Shown here: in pieces, positions 21,901 to 36,900 of the stretch
How the letters are laid out: each line of letters opens with the position of its first letter
Position numbering within the stretch: position 1 is the stretch's first letter
NCBI GenBank assembly: GCA_039096225.1
Contig: JBBPEB010000025.1
Coordinates: 809,593 to 873,592 of the forward strand
Direction of reading: 5' to 3'
Origin: Blastocystis sp. Blastoise
Taxonomy: Eukaryota; Protista; Bigyra: Opalinata
Length of the DNA stretch: 64,000 nucleotides
The notes under the pieces: generated by a model
Databases searched by the model: none
Seen by the model: the letters and a program-made list of their open reading frames with translations, nothing else
Told to the model about the DNA's origin: nothing
Translations under genes and position numbers: made by a program

Positions 21901-24900
21901 CAAATGTATATTGTCCTTTAGGTTCTTCTTCTCCTATTAATGTTCCTTTAGGTTCTTATTCTATTCCTCTTGATGTTAATTCTACAATTCGTTCTAATTT
22001 TGTTATTTGTGAAGAAGGTAATTATTGTATAGAAGGTATTAAATATTCTTGTCCATCTGGTTCTTATGGTAATGAAACTGGTCTTTATAATAATAATTGT
22101 AGTGGTAAATGTTTAGAAGGTTATTATTGTTTAGAAGGATCTATATCATCAATTGAAAATGAATGTGGTAATGCAAATGTATATTGTCCTTTAGGTTCTT
22201 CTTCTCCTATTAATGTTCCTTTAGGTTCTTATTCTATTCCTCTTGATGTTAATTCTACAATTCGTTCTAATTTTGTTATTTGTGAAGAAGGTAATTATTG
22301 TATAGAAGGTATTAAATATTCTTGTCCATCTGGTTCTTATGGTAATGAAACTGGTCTTTATAATAATAATTGTAGTGGTAAATGTTTAGAAGGTTATTAT
22401 TGTTTAGAAGGATCTATATCATCAATTGAAAATGAATGTGGTAATGCAAATGTATATTGTCCTTTAGGTTCTTCTTCTCCTATTAATGTTCCTTTAGGTT
22501 CTTATTCTATTCCTCTTGATGTTAATTCTACAATTCGTTCTAATTTTGTTATTTGTGAAGAAGGTAATTATTGTATAGAAGGTATTAAATATTCTTGTCC
22601 ATCTGGTTCTTATGGTAATGAAACTGGTCTTTATAATAATAATTGTAGTGGTAAATGTTTAGAAGGTTATTATTGTTTAGAAGGATCTATATCATCAATT
22701 GAAAATGAATGTGGTAATGCAAATGTATATTGTCCTTTAGGTTCTTCTTCTCCTATTAATGTTCCTTTAGGTTCTTATTCTATTCCTCTTGATGTTAATT
22801 CTACAATTCGTTCTAATTTTGTTATTTGTGAAGAAGGTAATTATTGTATAGAAGGTATTAAATATTCTTGTCCATCTGGTTCTTATGGTAATGAAACTGG
22901 TCTTTATAATAATAATTGTAGTGGTAAATGTTTAGAAGGTTATTATTGTTTAGAAGGATCTATATCATCAATTGAAAATGAATGTGGTAATGCAAATGTA
23001 TATTGTCCTTTAGGTTCTTCTTCTCCTATTAATGTTCCTTTAGGTTCTTATTCTATTCCTCTTGATGTTAATTCTACAATTCGTTCTAATTTTGTTATTT
23101 GTGAAGAAGGTAATTATTGTATAGAAGGTATTAAATATTCTTGTCCATCTGGTTCTTATGGTAATGAAACTGGTCTTTATAATAATAATTGTAGTGGTAA
23201 ATGTTTAGAAGGTTATTATTGTTTAGAAGGATCTATATCATCAATTGAAAATGAATGTGGTAATGCAAATGTATATTGTCCTTTAGGTTCTTCTTCTCCT
23301 ATTAATGTTCCTTTAGGTTCTTATTCTATTCCTCTTGATGTTAATTCTACAATTCGTTCTAATTTTGTTATTTGTGAAGAAGGTAATTATTGTATAGAAG
23401 GTATTAAATATTCTTGTCCATCTGGTTCTTATGGTAATGAAACTGGTCTTTATAATAATAATTGTAGTGGTAAATGTTTAGAAGGTTATTATTGTTTAGA
23501 AGGATCTATATCATCAATTGAAAATGAATGTGGTAATGCAAATGTATATTGTCCTTTAGGTTCTTCTTCTCCTATTAATGTTCCTTTAGGTTCTTATTCT
23601 ATTCCTCTTGATGTTAATTCTACAATTCGTTCTAATTTTGTTATTTGTGAAGAAGGTAATTATTGTATAGAAGGTATTAAATATTCTTGTCCATCTGGTT
23701 CTTATGGTAATGAAACTGGTCTTTATAATAATAATTGTAGTGGTAAATGTTTAGAAGGTTATTATTGTTTAGAAGGATCTATATCATCAATTGAAAATGA
23801 ATGTGGTAATGCAAATGTATATTGTCCTTTAGGTTCTTCTTCTCCTATTAATGTTCCTTTAGGTTCTTATTCTATTCCTCTTGATGTTAATTCTACAATT
23901 CGTTCTAATTTTGTTATTTGTGAAGAAGGTAATTATTGTATAGAAGGTATTAAATATTCTTGTCCATCTGGTTCTTATGGTAATGAAACTGGTCTTTATA
24001 ATAATAATTGTAGTGGTAAATGTTTAGAAGGTTATTATTGTTTAGAAGGATCTATATCATCAATTGAAAATGAATGTGGTAATGCAAATGTATATTGTCC
24101 TTTAGGTTCTTCTTCTCCTATTAATGTTCCTTTAGGTTCTTATTCTATTCCTCTTGATGTTAATTCTACAATTCGTTCTAATTTTGTTATTTGTGAAGAA
24201 GGTAATTATTGTATAGAAGGTATTAAATATTCTTGTCCATCTGGTTCTTATGGTAATGAAACTGGTCTTTATAATAATAATTGTAGTGGTAAATGTTTAG
24301 AAGGTTATTATTGTTTAGAAGGATCTATATCATCAATTGAAAATGAATGTGGTAATGCAAATGTATATTGTCCTTTAGGTTCTTCTTCTCCTATTAATGT
24401 TCCTTTAGGTTCTTATTCTATTCCTCTTGATGTTAATTCTACAATTCGTTCTAATTTTGTTATTTGTGAAGAAGGTAATTATTGTATAGAAGGTATTAAA
24501 TATTCTTGTCCATCTGGTTCTTATGGTAATGAAACTGGTCTTTATAATAATAATTGTAGTGGTAAATGTTTAGAAGGTTATTATTGTTTAGAAGGATCTA
24601 TATCATCAATTGAAAATGAATGTGGTAATGCAAATGTATATTGTCCTTTAGGTTCTTCTTCTCCTATTAATGTTCCTTTAGGTTCTTATTCTATTCCTCT
24701 TGATGTTAATTCTACAATTCGTTCTAATTTTGTTATTTGTGAAGAAGGTAATTATTGTATAGAAGGTATTAAATATTCTTGTCCATCTGGTTCTTATGGT
24801 AATGAAACTGGTCTTTATAATAATAATTGTAGTGGTAAATGTTTAGAAGGTTATTATTGTTTAGAAGGATCTATATCATCAATTGAAAATGAATGTGGTA

Positions 24901-27900
24901 ATGCAAATGTATATTGTCCTTTAGGTTCTTCTTCTCCTATTAATGTTCCTTTAGGTTCTTATTCTATTCCTCTTGATGTTAATTCTACAATTCGTTCTAA
25001 TTTTGTTATTTGTGAAGAAGGTAATTATTGTATAGAAGGTATTAAATATTCTTGTCCATCTGGTTCTTATGGTAATGAAACTGGTCTTTATAATAATAAT
25101 TGTAGTGGTAAATGTTTAGAAGGTTATTATTGTTTAGAAGGATCTATATCATCAATTGAAAATGAATGTGGTAATGCAAATGTATATTGTCCTTTAGGTT
25201 CTTCTTCTCCTATTAATGTTCCTTTAGGTTCTTATTCTATTCCTCTTGATGTTAATTCTACAATTCGTTCTAATTTTGTTATTTGTGAAGAAGGTAATTA
25301 TTGTATAGAAGGTATTAAATATTCTTGTCCATCTGGTTCTTATGGTAATGAAACTGGTCTTTATAATAATAATTGTAGTGGTAAATGTTTAGAAGGTTAT
25401 TATTGTTTAGAAGGATCTATATCATCAATTGAAAATGAATGTGGTAATGCAAATGTATATTGTCCTTTAGGTTCTTCTTCTCCTATTAATGTTCCTTTAG
25501 GTTCTTATTCTATTCCTCTTGATGTTAATTCTACAATTCGTTCTAATTTTGTTATTTGTGAAGAAGGTAATTATTGTATAGAAGGTATTAAATATTCTTG
25601 TCCATCTGGTTCTTATGGTAATGAAACTGGTCTTTATAATAATAATTGTAGTGGTAAATGTTTAGAAGGTTATTATTGTTTAGAAGGATCTATATCATCA
25701 ATTGAAAATGAATGTGGTAATGCAAATGTATATTGTCCTTTAGGTTCTTCTTCTCCTATTAATGTTCCTTTAGGTTCTTATTCTATTCCTCTTGATGTTA
25801 ATTCTACAATTCGTTCTAATTTTGTTATTTGTGAAGAAGGTAATTATTGTATAGAAGGTATTAAATATTCTTGTCCATCTGGTTCTTATGGTAATGAAAC
25901 TGGTCTTTATAATAATAATTGTAGTGGTAAATGTTTAGAAGGTTATTATTGTTTAGAAGGATCTATATCATCAATTGAAAATGAATGTGGTAATGCAAAT
26001 GTATATTGTCCTTTAGGTTCTTCTTCTCCTATTAATGTTCCTTTAGGTTCTTATTCTATTCCTCTTGATGTTAATTCTACAATTCGTTCTAATTTTGTTA
26101 TTTGTGAAGAAGGTAATTATTGTATAGAAGGTATTAAATATTCTTGTCCATCTGGTTCTTATGGTAATGAAACTGGTCTTTATAATAATAATTGTAGTGG
26201 TAAATGTTTAGAAGGTTATTATTGTTTAGAAGGATCTATATCATCAATTGAAAATGAATGTGGTAATGCAAATGTATATTGTCCTTTAGGTTCTTCTTCT
26301 CCTATTAATGTTCCTTTAGGTTCTTATTCTATTCCTCTTGATGTTAATTCTACAATTCGTTCTAATTTTGTTATTTGTGAAGAAGGTAATTATTGTATAG
26401 AAGGTATTAAATATTCTTGTCCATCTGGTTCTTATGGTAATGAAACTGGTCTTTATAATAATAATTGTAGTGGTAAATGTTTAGAAGGTTATTATTGTTT
26501 AGAAGGATCTATATCATCAATTGAAAATGAATGTGGTAATGCAAATGTATATTGTCCTTTAGGTTCTTCTTCTCCTATTAATGTTCCTTTAGGTTCTTAT
26601 TCTATTCCTCTTGATGTTAATTCTACAATTCGTTCTAATTTTGTTATTTGTGAAGAAGGTAATTATTGTATAGAAGGTATTAAATATTCTTGTCCATCTG
26701 GTTCTTATGGTAATGAAACTGGTCTTTATAATAATAATTGTAGTGGTAAATGTTTAGAAGGTTATTATTGTTTAGAAGGATCTATATCATCAATTGAAAA
26801 TGAATGTGGTAATGCAAATGTATATTGTCCTTTAGGTTCTTCTTCTCCTATTAATGTTCCTTTAGGTTCTTATTCTATTCCTCTTGATGTTAATTCTACA
26901 ATTCGTTCTAATTTTGTTATTTGTGAAGAAGGTAATTATTGTATAGAAGGTATTAAATATTCTTGTCCATCTGGTTCTTATGGTAATGAAACTGGTCTTT
27001 ATAATAATAATTGTAGTGGTAAATGTTTAGAAGGTTATTATTGTTTAGAAGGATCTATATCATCAATTGAAAATGAATGTGGTAATGCAAATGTATATTG
27101 TCCTTTAGGTTCTTCTTCTCCTATTAATGTTCCTTTAGGTTCTTATTCTATTCCTCTTGATGTTAATTCTACAATTCGTTCTAATTTTGTTATTTGTGAA
27201 GAAGGTAATTATTGTATAGAAGGTATTAAATATTCTTGTCCATCTGGTTCTTATGGTAATGAAACTGGTCTTTATAATAATAATTGTAGTGGTAAATGTT
27301 TAGAAGGTTATTATTGTTTAGAAGGATCTATATCATCAATTGAAAATGAATGTGGTAATGCAAATGTATATTGTCCTTTAGGTTCTTCTTCTCCTATTAA
27401 TGTTCCTTTAGGTTCTTATTCTATTCCTCTTGATGTTAATTCTACAATTCGTTCTAATTTTGTTATTTGTGAAGAAGGTAATTATTGTATAGAAGGTATT
27501 AAATATTCTTGTCCATCTGGTTCTTATGGTAATGAAACTGGTCTTTATAATAATAATTGTAGTGGTAAATGTTTAGAAGGTTATTATTGTTTAGAAGGAT
27601 CTATATCATCAATTGAAAATGAATGTGGTAATGCAAATGTATATTGTCCTTTAGGTTCTTCTTCTCCTATTAATGTTCCTTTAGGTTCTTATTCTATTCC
27701 TCTTGATGTTAATTCTACAATTCGTTCTAATTTTGTTATTTGTGAAGAAGGTAATTATTGTATAGAAGGTATTAAATATTCTTGTCCATCTGGTTCTTAT
27801 GGTAATGAAACTGGTCTTTATAATAATAATTGTAGTGGTAAATGTTTAGAAGGTTATTATTGTTTAGAAGGATCTATATCATCAATTGAAAATGAATGTG

Positions 27901-30900
27901 GTAATGCAAATGTATATTGTCCTTTAGGTTCTTCTTCTCCTATTAATGTTCCTTTAGGTTCTTATTCTATTCCTCTTGATGTTAATTCTACAATTCGTTC
28001 TAATTTTGTTATTTGTGAAGAAGGTAATTATTGTATAGAAGGTATTAAATATTCTTGTCCATCTGGTTCTTATGGTAATGAAACTGGTCTTTATAATAAT
28101 AATTGTAGTGGTAAATGTTTAGAAGGTTATTATTGTTTAGAAGGATCTATATCATCAATTGAAAATGAATGTGGTAATGCAAATGTATATTGTCCTTTAG
28201 GTTCTTCTTCTCCTATTAATGTTCCTTTAGGTTCTTATTCTATTCCTCTTGATGTTAATTCTACAATTCGTTCTAATTTTGTTATTTGTGAAGAAGGTAA
28301 TTATTGTATAGAAGGTATTAAATATTCTTGTCCATCTGGTTCTTATGGTAATGAAACTGGTCTTTATAATAATAATTGTAGTGGTAAATGTTTAGAAGGT
28401 TATTATTGTTTAGAAGGATCTATATCATCAATTGAAAATGAATGTGGTAATGCAAATGTATATTGTCCTTTAGGTTCTTCTTCTCCTATTAATGTTCCTT
28501 TAGGTTCTTATTCTATTCCTCTTGATGTTAATTCTACAATTCGTTCTAATTTTGTTATTTGTGAAGAAGGTAATTATTGTATAGAAGGTATTAAATATTC
28601 TTGTCCATCTGGTTCTTATGGTAATGAAACTGGTCTTTATAATAATAATTGTAGTGGTAAATGTTTAGAAGGTTATTATTGTTTAGAAGGATCTATATCA
28701 TCAATTGAAAATGAATGTGGTAATGCAAATGTATATTGTCCTTTAGGTTCTTCTTCTCCTATTAATGTTCCTTTAGGTTCTTATTCTATTCCTCTTGATG
28801 TTAATTCTACAATTCGTTCTAATTTTGTTATTTGTGAAGAAGGTAATTATTGTATAGAAGGTATTAAATATTCTTGTCCATCTGGTTCTTATGGTAATGA
28901 AACTGGTCTTTATAATAATAATTGTAGTGGTAAATGTTTAGAAGGTTATTATTGTTTAGAAGGATCTATATCATCAATTGAAAATGAATGTGGTAATGCA
29001 AATGTATATTGTCCTTTAGGTTCTTCTTCTCCTATTAATGTTCCTTTAGGTTCTTATTCTATTCCTCTTGATGTTAATTCTACAATTCGTTCTAATTTTG
29101 TTATTTGTGAAGAAGGTAATTATTGTATAGAAGGTATTAAATATTCTTGTCCATCTGGTTCTTATGGTAATGAAACTGGTCTTTATAATAATAATTGTAG
29201 TGGTAAATGTTTAGAAGGTTATTATTGTTTAGAAGGATCTATATCATCAATTGAAAATGAATGTGGTAATGCAAATGTATATTGTCCTTTAGGTTCTTCT
29301 TCTCCTATTAATGTTCCTTTAGGTTCTTATTCTATTCCTCTTGATGTTAATTCTACAATTCGTTCTAATTTTGTTATTTGTGAAGAAGGTAATTATTGTA
29401 TAGAAGGTATTAAATATTCTTGTCCATCTGGTTCTTATGGTAATGAAACTGGTCTTTATAATAATAATTGTAGTGGTAAATGTTTAGAAGGTTATTATTG
29501 TTTAGAAGGATCTATATCATCAATTGAAAATGAATGTGGTAATGCAAATGTATATTGTCCTTTAGGTTCTTCTTCTCCTATTAATGTTCCTTTAGGTTCT
29601 TATTCTATTCCTCTTGATGTTAATTCTACAATTCGTTCTAATTTTGTTATTTGTGAAGAAGGTAATTATTGTATAGAAGGTATTAAATATTCTTGTCCAT
29701 CTGGTTCTTATGGTAATGAAACTGGTCTTTATAATAATAATTGTAGTGGTAAATGTTTAGAAGGTTATTATTGTTTAGAAGGATCTATATCATCAATTGA
29801 AAATGAATGTGGTAATGCAAATGTATATTGTCCTTTAGGTTCTTCTTCTCCTATTAATGTTCCTTTAGGTTCTTATTCTATTCCTCTTGATGTTAATTCT
29901 ACAATTCGTTCTAATTTTGTTATTTGTGAAGAAGGTAATTATTGTATAGAAGGTATTAAATATTCTTGTCCATCTGGTTCTTATGGTAATGAAACTGGTC
30001 TTTATAATAATAATTGTAGTGGTAAATGTTTAGAAGGTTATTATTGTTTAGAAGGATCTATATCATCAATTGAAAATGAATGTGGTAATGCAAATGTATA
30101 TTGTCCTTTAGGTTCTTCTTCTCCTATTAATGTTCCTTTAGGTTCTTATTCTATTCCTCTTGATGTTAATTCTACAATTCGTTCTAATTTTGTTATTTGT
30201 GAAGAAGGTAATTATTGTATAGAAGGTATTAAATATTCTTGTCCATCTGGTTCTTATGGTAATGAAACTGGTCTTTATAATAATAATTGTAGTGGTAAAT
30301 GTTTAGAAGGTTATTATTGTTTAGAAGGATCTATATCATCAATTGAAAATGAATGTGGTAATGCAAATGTATATTGTCCTTTAGGTTCTTCTTCTCCTAT
30401 TAATGTTCCTTTAGGTTCTTATTCTATTCCTCTTGATGTTAATTCTACAATTCGTTCTAATTTTGTTATTTGTGAAGAAGGTAATTATTGTATAGAAGGT
30501 ATTAAATATTCTTGTCCATCTGGTTCTTATGGTAATGAAACTGGTCTTTATAATAATAATTGTAGTGGTAAATGTTTAGAAGGTTATTATTGTTTAGAAG
30601 GATCTATATCATCAATTGAAAATGAATGTGGTAATGCAAATGTATATTGTCCTTTAGGTTCTTCTTCTCCTATTAATGTTCCTTTAGGTTCTTATTCTAT
30701 TCCTCTTGATGTTAATTCTACAATTCGTTCTAATTTTGTTATTTGTGAAGAAGGTAATTATTGTATAGAAGGTATTAAATATTCTTGTCCATCTGGTTCT
30801 TATGGTAATGAAACTGGTCTTTATAATAATAATTGTAGTGGTAAATGTTTAGAAGGTTATTATTGTTTAGAAGGATCTATATCATCAATTGAAAATGAAT

Positions 30901-33900
30901 GTGGTAATGCAAATGTATATTGTCCTTTAGGTTCTTCTTCTCCTATTAATGTTCCTTTAGGTTCTTATTCTATTCCTCTTGATGTTAATTCTACAATTCG
31001 TTCTAATTTTGTTATTTGTGAAGAAGGTAATTATTGTATAGAAGGTATTAAATATTCTTGTCCATCTGGTTCTTATGGTAATGAAACTGGTCTTTATAAT
31101 AATAATTGTAGTGGTAAATGTTTAGAAGGTTATTATTGTTTAGAAGGATCTATATCATCAATTGAAAATGAATGTGGTAATGCAAATGTATATTGTCCTT
31201 TAGGTTCTTCTTCTCCTATTAATGTTCCTTTAGGTTCTTATTCTATTCCTCTTGATGTTAATTCTACAATTCGTTCTAATTTTGTTATTTGTGAAGAAGG
31301 TAATTATTGTATAGAAGGTATTAAATATTCTTGTCCATCTGGTTCTTATGGTAATGAAACTGGTCTTTATAATAATAATTGTAGTGGTAAATGTTTAGAA
31401 GGTTATTATTGTTTAGAAGGATCTATATCATCAATTGAAAATGAATGTGGTAATGCAAATGTATATTGTCCTTTAGGTTCTTCTTCTCCTATTAATGTTC
31501 CTTTAGGTTCTTATTCTATTCCTCTTGATGTTAATTCTACAATTCGTTCTAATTTTGTTATTTGTGAAGAAGGTAATTATTGTATAGAAGGTATTAAATA
31601 TTCTTGTCCATCTGGTTCTTATGGTAATGAAACTGGTCTTTATAATAATAATTGTAGTGGTAAATGTTTAGAAGGTTATTATTGTTTAGAAGGATCTATA
31701 TCATCAATTGAAAATGAATGTGGTAATGCAAATGTATATTGTCCTTTAGGTTCTTCTTCTCCTATTAATGTTCCTTTAGGTTCTTATTCTATTCCTCTTG
31801 ATGTTAATTCTACAATTCGTTCTAATTTTGTTATTTGTGAAGAAGGTAATTATTGTATAGAAGGTATTAAATATTCTTGTCCATCTGGTTCTTATGGTAA
31901 TGAAACTGGTCTTTATAATAATAATTGTAGTGGTAAATGTTTAGAAGGTTATTATTGTTTAGAAGGATCTATATCATCAATTGAAAATGAATGTGGTAAT
32001 GCAAATGTATATTGTCCTTTAGGTTCTTCTTCTCCTATTAATGTTCCTTTAGGTTCTTATTCTATTCCTCTTGATGTTAATTCTACAATTCGTTCTAATT
32101 TTGTTATTTGTGAAGAAGGTAATTATTGTATAGAAGGTATTAAATATTCTTGTCCATCTGGTTCTTATGGTAATGAAACTGGTCTTTATAATAATAATTG
32201 TAGTGGTAAATGTTTAGAAGGTTATTATTGTTTAGAAGGATCTATATCATCAATTGAAAATGAATGTGGTAATGCAAATGTATATTGTCCTTTAGGTTCT
32301 TCTTCTCCTATTAATGTTCCTTTAGGTTCTTATTCTATTCCTCTTGATGTTAATTCTACAATTCGTTCTAATTTTGTTATTTGTGAAGAAGGTAATTATT
32401 GTATAGAAGGTATTAAATATTCTTGTCCATCTGGTTCTTATGGTAATGAAACTGGTCTTTATAATAATAATTGTAGTGGTAAATGTTTAGAAGGTTATTA
32501 TTGTTTAGAAGGATCTATATCATCAATTGAAAATGAATGTGGTAATGCAAATGTATATTGTCCTTTAGGTTCTTCTTCTCCTATTAATGTTCCTTTAGGT
32601 TCTTATTCTATTCCTCTTGATGTTAATTCTACAATTCGTTCTAATTTTGTTATTTGTGAAGAAGGTAATTATTGTATAGAAGGTATTAAATATTCTTGTC
32701 CATCTGGTTCTTATGGTAATGAAACTGGTCTTTATAATAATAATTGTAGTGGTAAATGTTTAGAAGGTTATTATTGTTTAGAAGGATCTATATCATCAAT
32801 TGAAAATGAATGTGGTAATGCAAATGTATATTGTCCTTTAGGTTCTTCTTCTCCTATTAATGTTCCTTTAGGTTCTTATTCTATTCCTCTTGATGTTAAT
32901 TCTACAATTCGTTCTAATTTTGTTATTTGTGAAGAAGGTAATTATTGTATAGAAGGTATTAAATATTCTTGTCCATCTGGTTCTTATGGTAATGAAACTG
33001 GTCTTTATAATAATAATTGTAGTGGTAAATGTTTAGAAGGTTATTATTGTTTAGAAGGATCTATATCATCAATTGAAAATGAATGTGGTAATGCAAATGT
33101 ATATTGTCCTTTAGGTTCTTCTTCTCCTATTAATGTTCCTTTAGGTTCTTATTCTATTCCTCTTGATGTTAATTCTACAATTCGTTCTAATTTTGTTATT
33201 TGTGAAGAAGGTAATTATTGTATAGAAGGTATTAAATATTCTTGTCCATCTGGTTCTTATGGTAATGAAACTGGTCTTTATAATAATAATTGTAGTGGTA
33301 AATGTTTAGAAGGTTATTATTGTTTAGAAGGATCTATATCATCAATTGAAAATGAATGTGGTAATGCAAATGTATATTGTCCTTTAGGTTCTTCTTCTCC
33401 TATTAATGTTCCTTTAGGTTCTTATTCTATTCCTCTTGATGTTAATTCTACAATTCGTTCTAATTTTGTTATTTGTGAAGAAGGTAATTATTGTATAGAA
33501 GGTATTAAATATTCTTGTCCATCTGGTTCTTATGGTAATGAAACTGGTCTTTATAATAATAATTGTAGTGGTAAATGTTTAGAAGGTTATTATTGTTTAG
33601 AAGGATCTATATCATCAATTGAAAATGAATGTGGTAATGCAAATGTATATTGTCCTTTAGGTTCTTCTTCTCCTATTAATGTTCCTTTAGGTTCTTATTC
33701 TATTCCTCTTGATGTTAATTCTACAATTCGTTCTAATTTTGTTATTTGTGAAGAAGGTAATTATTGTATAGAAGGTATTAAATATTCTTGTCCATCTGGT
33801 TCTTATGGTAATGAAACTGGTCTTTATAATAATAATTGTAGTGGTAAATGTTTAGAAGGTTATTATTGTTTAGAAGGATCTATATCATCAATTGAAAATG

Positions 33901-36900
33901 AATGTGGTAATGCAAATGTATATTGTCCTTTAGGTTCTTCTTCTCCTATTAATGTTCCTTTAGGTTCTTATTCTATTCCTCTTGATGTTAATTCTACAAT
34001 TCGTTCTAATTTTGTTATTTGTGAAGAAGGTAATTATTGTATAGAAGGTATTAAATATTCTTGTCCATCTGGTTCTTATGGTAATGAAACTGGTCTTTAT
34101 AATAATAATTGTAGTGGTAAATGTTTAGAAGGTTATTATTGTTTAGAAGGATCTATATCATCAATTGAAAATGAATGTGGTAATGCAAATGTATATTGTC
34201 CTTTAGGTTCTTCTTCTCCTATTAATGTTCCTTTAGGTTCTTATTCTATTCCTCTTGATGTTAATTCTACAATTCGTTCTAATTTTGTTATTTGTGAAGA
34301 AGGTAATTATTGTATAGAAGGTATTAAATATTCTTGTCCATCTGGTTCTTATGGTAATGAAACTGGTCTTTATAATAATAATTGTAGTGGTAAATGTTTA
34401 GAAGGTTATTATTGTTTAGAAGGATCTATATCATCAATTGAAAATGAATGTGGTAATGCAAATGTATATTGTCCTTTAGGTTCTTCTTCTCCTATTAATG
34501 TTCCTTTAGGTTCTTATTCTATTCCTCTTGATGTTAATTCTACAATTCGTTCTAATTTTGTTATTTGTGAAGAAGGTAATTATTGTATAGAAGGTATTAA
34601 ATATTCTTGTCCATCTGGTTCTTATGGTAATGAAACTGGTCTTTATAATAATAATTGTAGTGGTAAATGTTTAGAAGGTTATTATTGTTTAGAAGGATCT
34701 ATATCATCAATTGAAAATGAATGTGGTAATGCAAATGTATATTGTCCTTTAGGTTCTTCTTCTCCTATTAATGTTCCTTTAGGTTCTTATTCTATTCCTC
34801 TTGATGTTAATTCTACAATTCGTTCTAATTTTGTTATTTGTGAAGAAGGTAATTATTGTATAGAAGGTATTAAATATTCTTGTCCATCTGGTTCTTATGG
34901 TAATGAAACTGGTCTTTATAATAATAATTGTAGTGGTAAATGTTTAGAAGGTTATTATTGTTTAGAAGGATCTATATCATCAATTGAAAATGAATGTGGT
35001 AATGCAAATGTATATTGTCCTTTAGGTTCTTCTTCTCCTATTAATGTTCCTTTAGGTTCTTATTCTATTCCTCTTGATGTTAATTCTACAATTCGTTCTA
35101 ATTTTGTTATTTGTGAAGAAGGTAATTATTGTATAGAAGGTATTAAATATTCTTGTCCATCTGGTTCTTATGGTAATGAAACTGGTCTTTATAATAATAA
35201 TTGTAGTGGTAAATGTTTAGAAGGTTATTATTGTTTAGAAGGATCTATATCATCAATTGAAAATGAATGTGGTAATGCAAATGTATATTGTCCTTTAGGT
35301 TCTTCTTCTCCTATTAATGTTCCTTTAGGTTCTTATTCTATTCCTCTTGATGTTAATTCTACAATTCGTTCTAATTTTGTTATTTGTGAAGAAGGTAATT
35401 ATTGTATAGAAGGTATTAAATATTCTTGTCCATCTGGTTCTTATGGTAATGAAACTGGTCTTTATAATAATAATTGTAGTGGTAAATGTTTAGAAGGTTA
35501 TTATTGTTTAGAAGGATCTATATCATCAATTGAAAATGAATGTGGTAATGCAAATGTATATTGTCCTTTAGGTTCTTCTTCTCCTATTAATGTTCCTTTA
35601 GGTTCTTATTCTATTCCTCTTGATGTTAATTCTACAATTCGTTCTAATTTTGTTATTTGTGAAGAAGGTAATTATTGTATAGAAGGTATTAAATATTCTT
35701 GTCCATCTGGTTCTTATGGTAATGAAACTGGTCTTTATAATAATAATTGTAGTGGTAAATGTTTAGAAGGTTATTATTGTTTAGAAGGATCTATATCATC
35801 AATTGAAAATGAATGTGGTAATGCAAATGTATATTGTCCTTTAGGTTCTTCTTCTCCTATTAATGTTCCTTTAGGTTCTTATTCTATTCCTCTTGATGTT
35901 AATTCTACAATTCGTTCTAATTTTGTTATTTGTGAAGAAGGTAATTATTGTATAGAAGGTATTAAATATTCTTGTCCATCTGGTTCTTATGGTAATGAAA
36001 CTGGTCTTTATAATAATAATTGTAGTGGTAAATGTTTAGAAGGTTATTATTGTTTAGAAGGATCTATATCATCAATTGAAAATGAATGTGGTAATGCAAA
36101 TGTATATTGTCCTTTAGGTTCTTCTTCTCCTATTAATGTTCCTTTAGGTTCTTATTCTATTCCTCTTGATGTTAATTCTACAATTCGTTCTAATTTTGTT
36201 ATTTGTGAAGAAGGTAATTATTGTATAGAAGGTATTAAATATTCTTGTCCATCTGGTTCTTATGGTAATGAAACTGGTCTTTATAATAATAATTGTAGTG
36301 GTAAATGTTTAGAAGGTTATTATTGTTTAGAAGGATCTATATCATCAATTGAAAATGAATGTGGTAATGCAAATGTATATTGTCCTTTAGGTTCTTCTTC
36401 TCCTATTAATGTTCCTTTAGGTTCTTATTCTATTCCTCTTGATGTTAATTCTACAATTCGTTCTAATTTTGTTATTTGTGAAGAAGGTAATTATTGTATA
36501 GAAGGTATTAAATATTCTTGTCCATCTGGTTCTTATGGTAATGAAACTGGTCTTTATAATAATAATTGTAGTGGTAAATGTTTAGAAGGTTATTATTGTT
36601 TAGAAGGATCTATATCATCAATTGAAAATGAATGTGGTAATGCAAATGTATATTGTCCTTTAGGTTCTTCTTCTCCTATTAATGTTCCTTTAGGTTCTTA
36701 TTCTATTCCTCTTGATGTTAATTCTACAATTCGTTCTAATTTTGTTATTTGTGAAGAAGGTAATTATTGTATAGAAGGTATTAAATATTCTTGTCCATCT
36801 GGTTCTTATGGTAATGAAACTGGTCTTTATAATAATAATTGTAGTGGTAAATGTTTAGAAGGTTATTATTGTTTAGAAGGATCTATATCATCAATTGAAA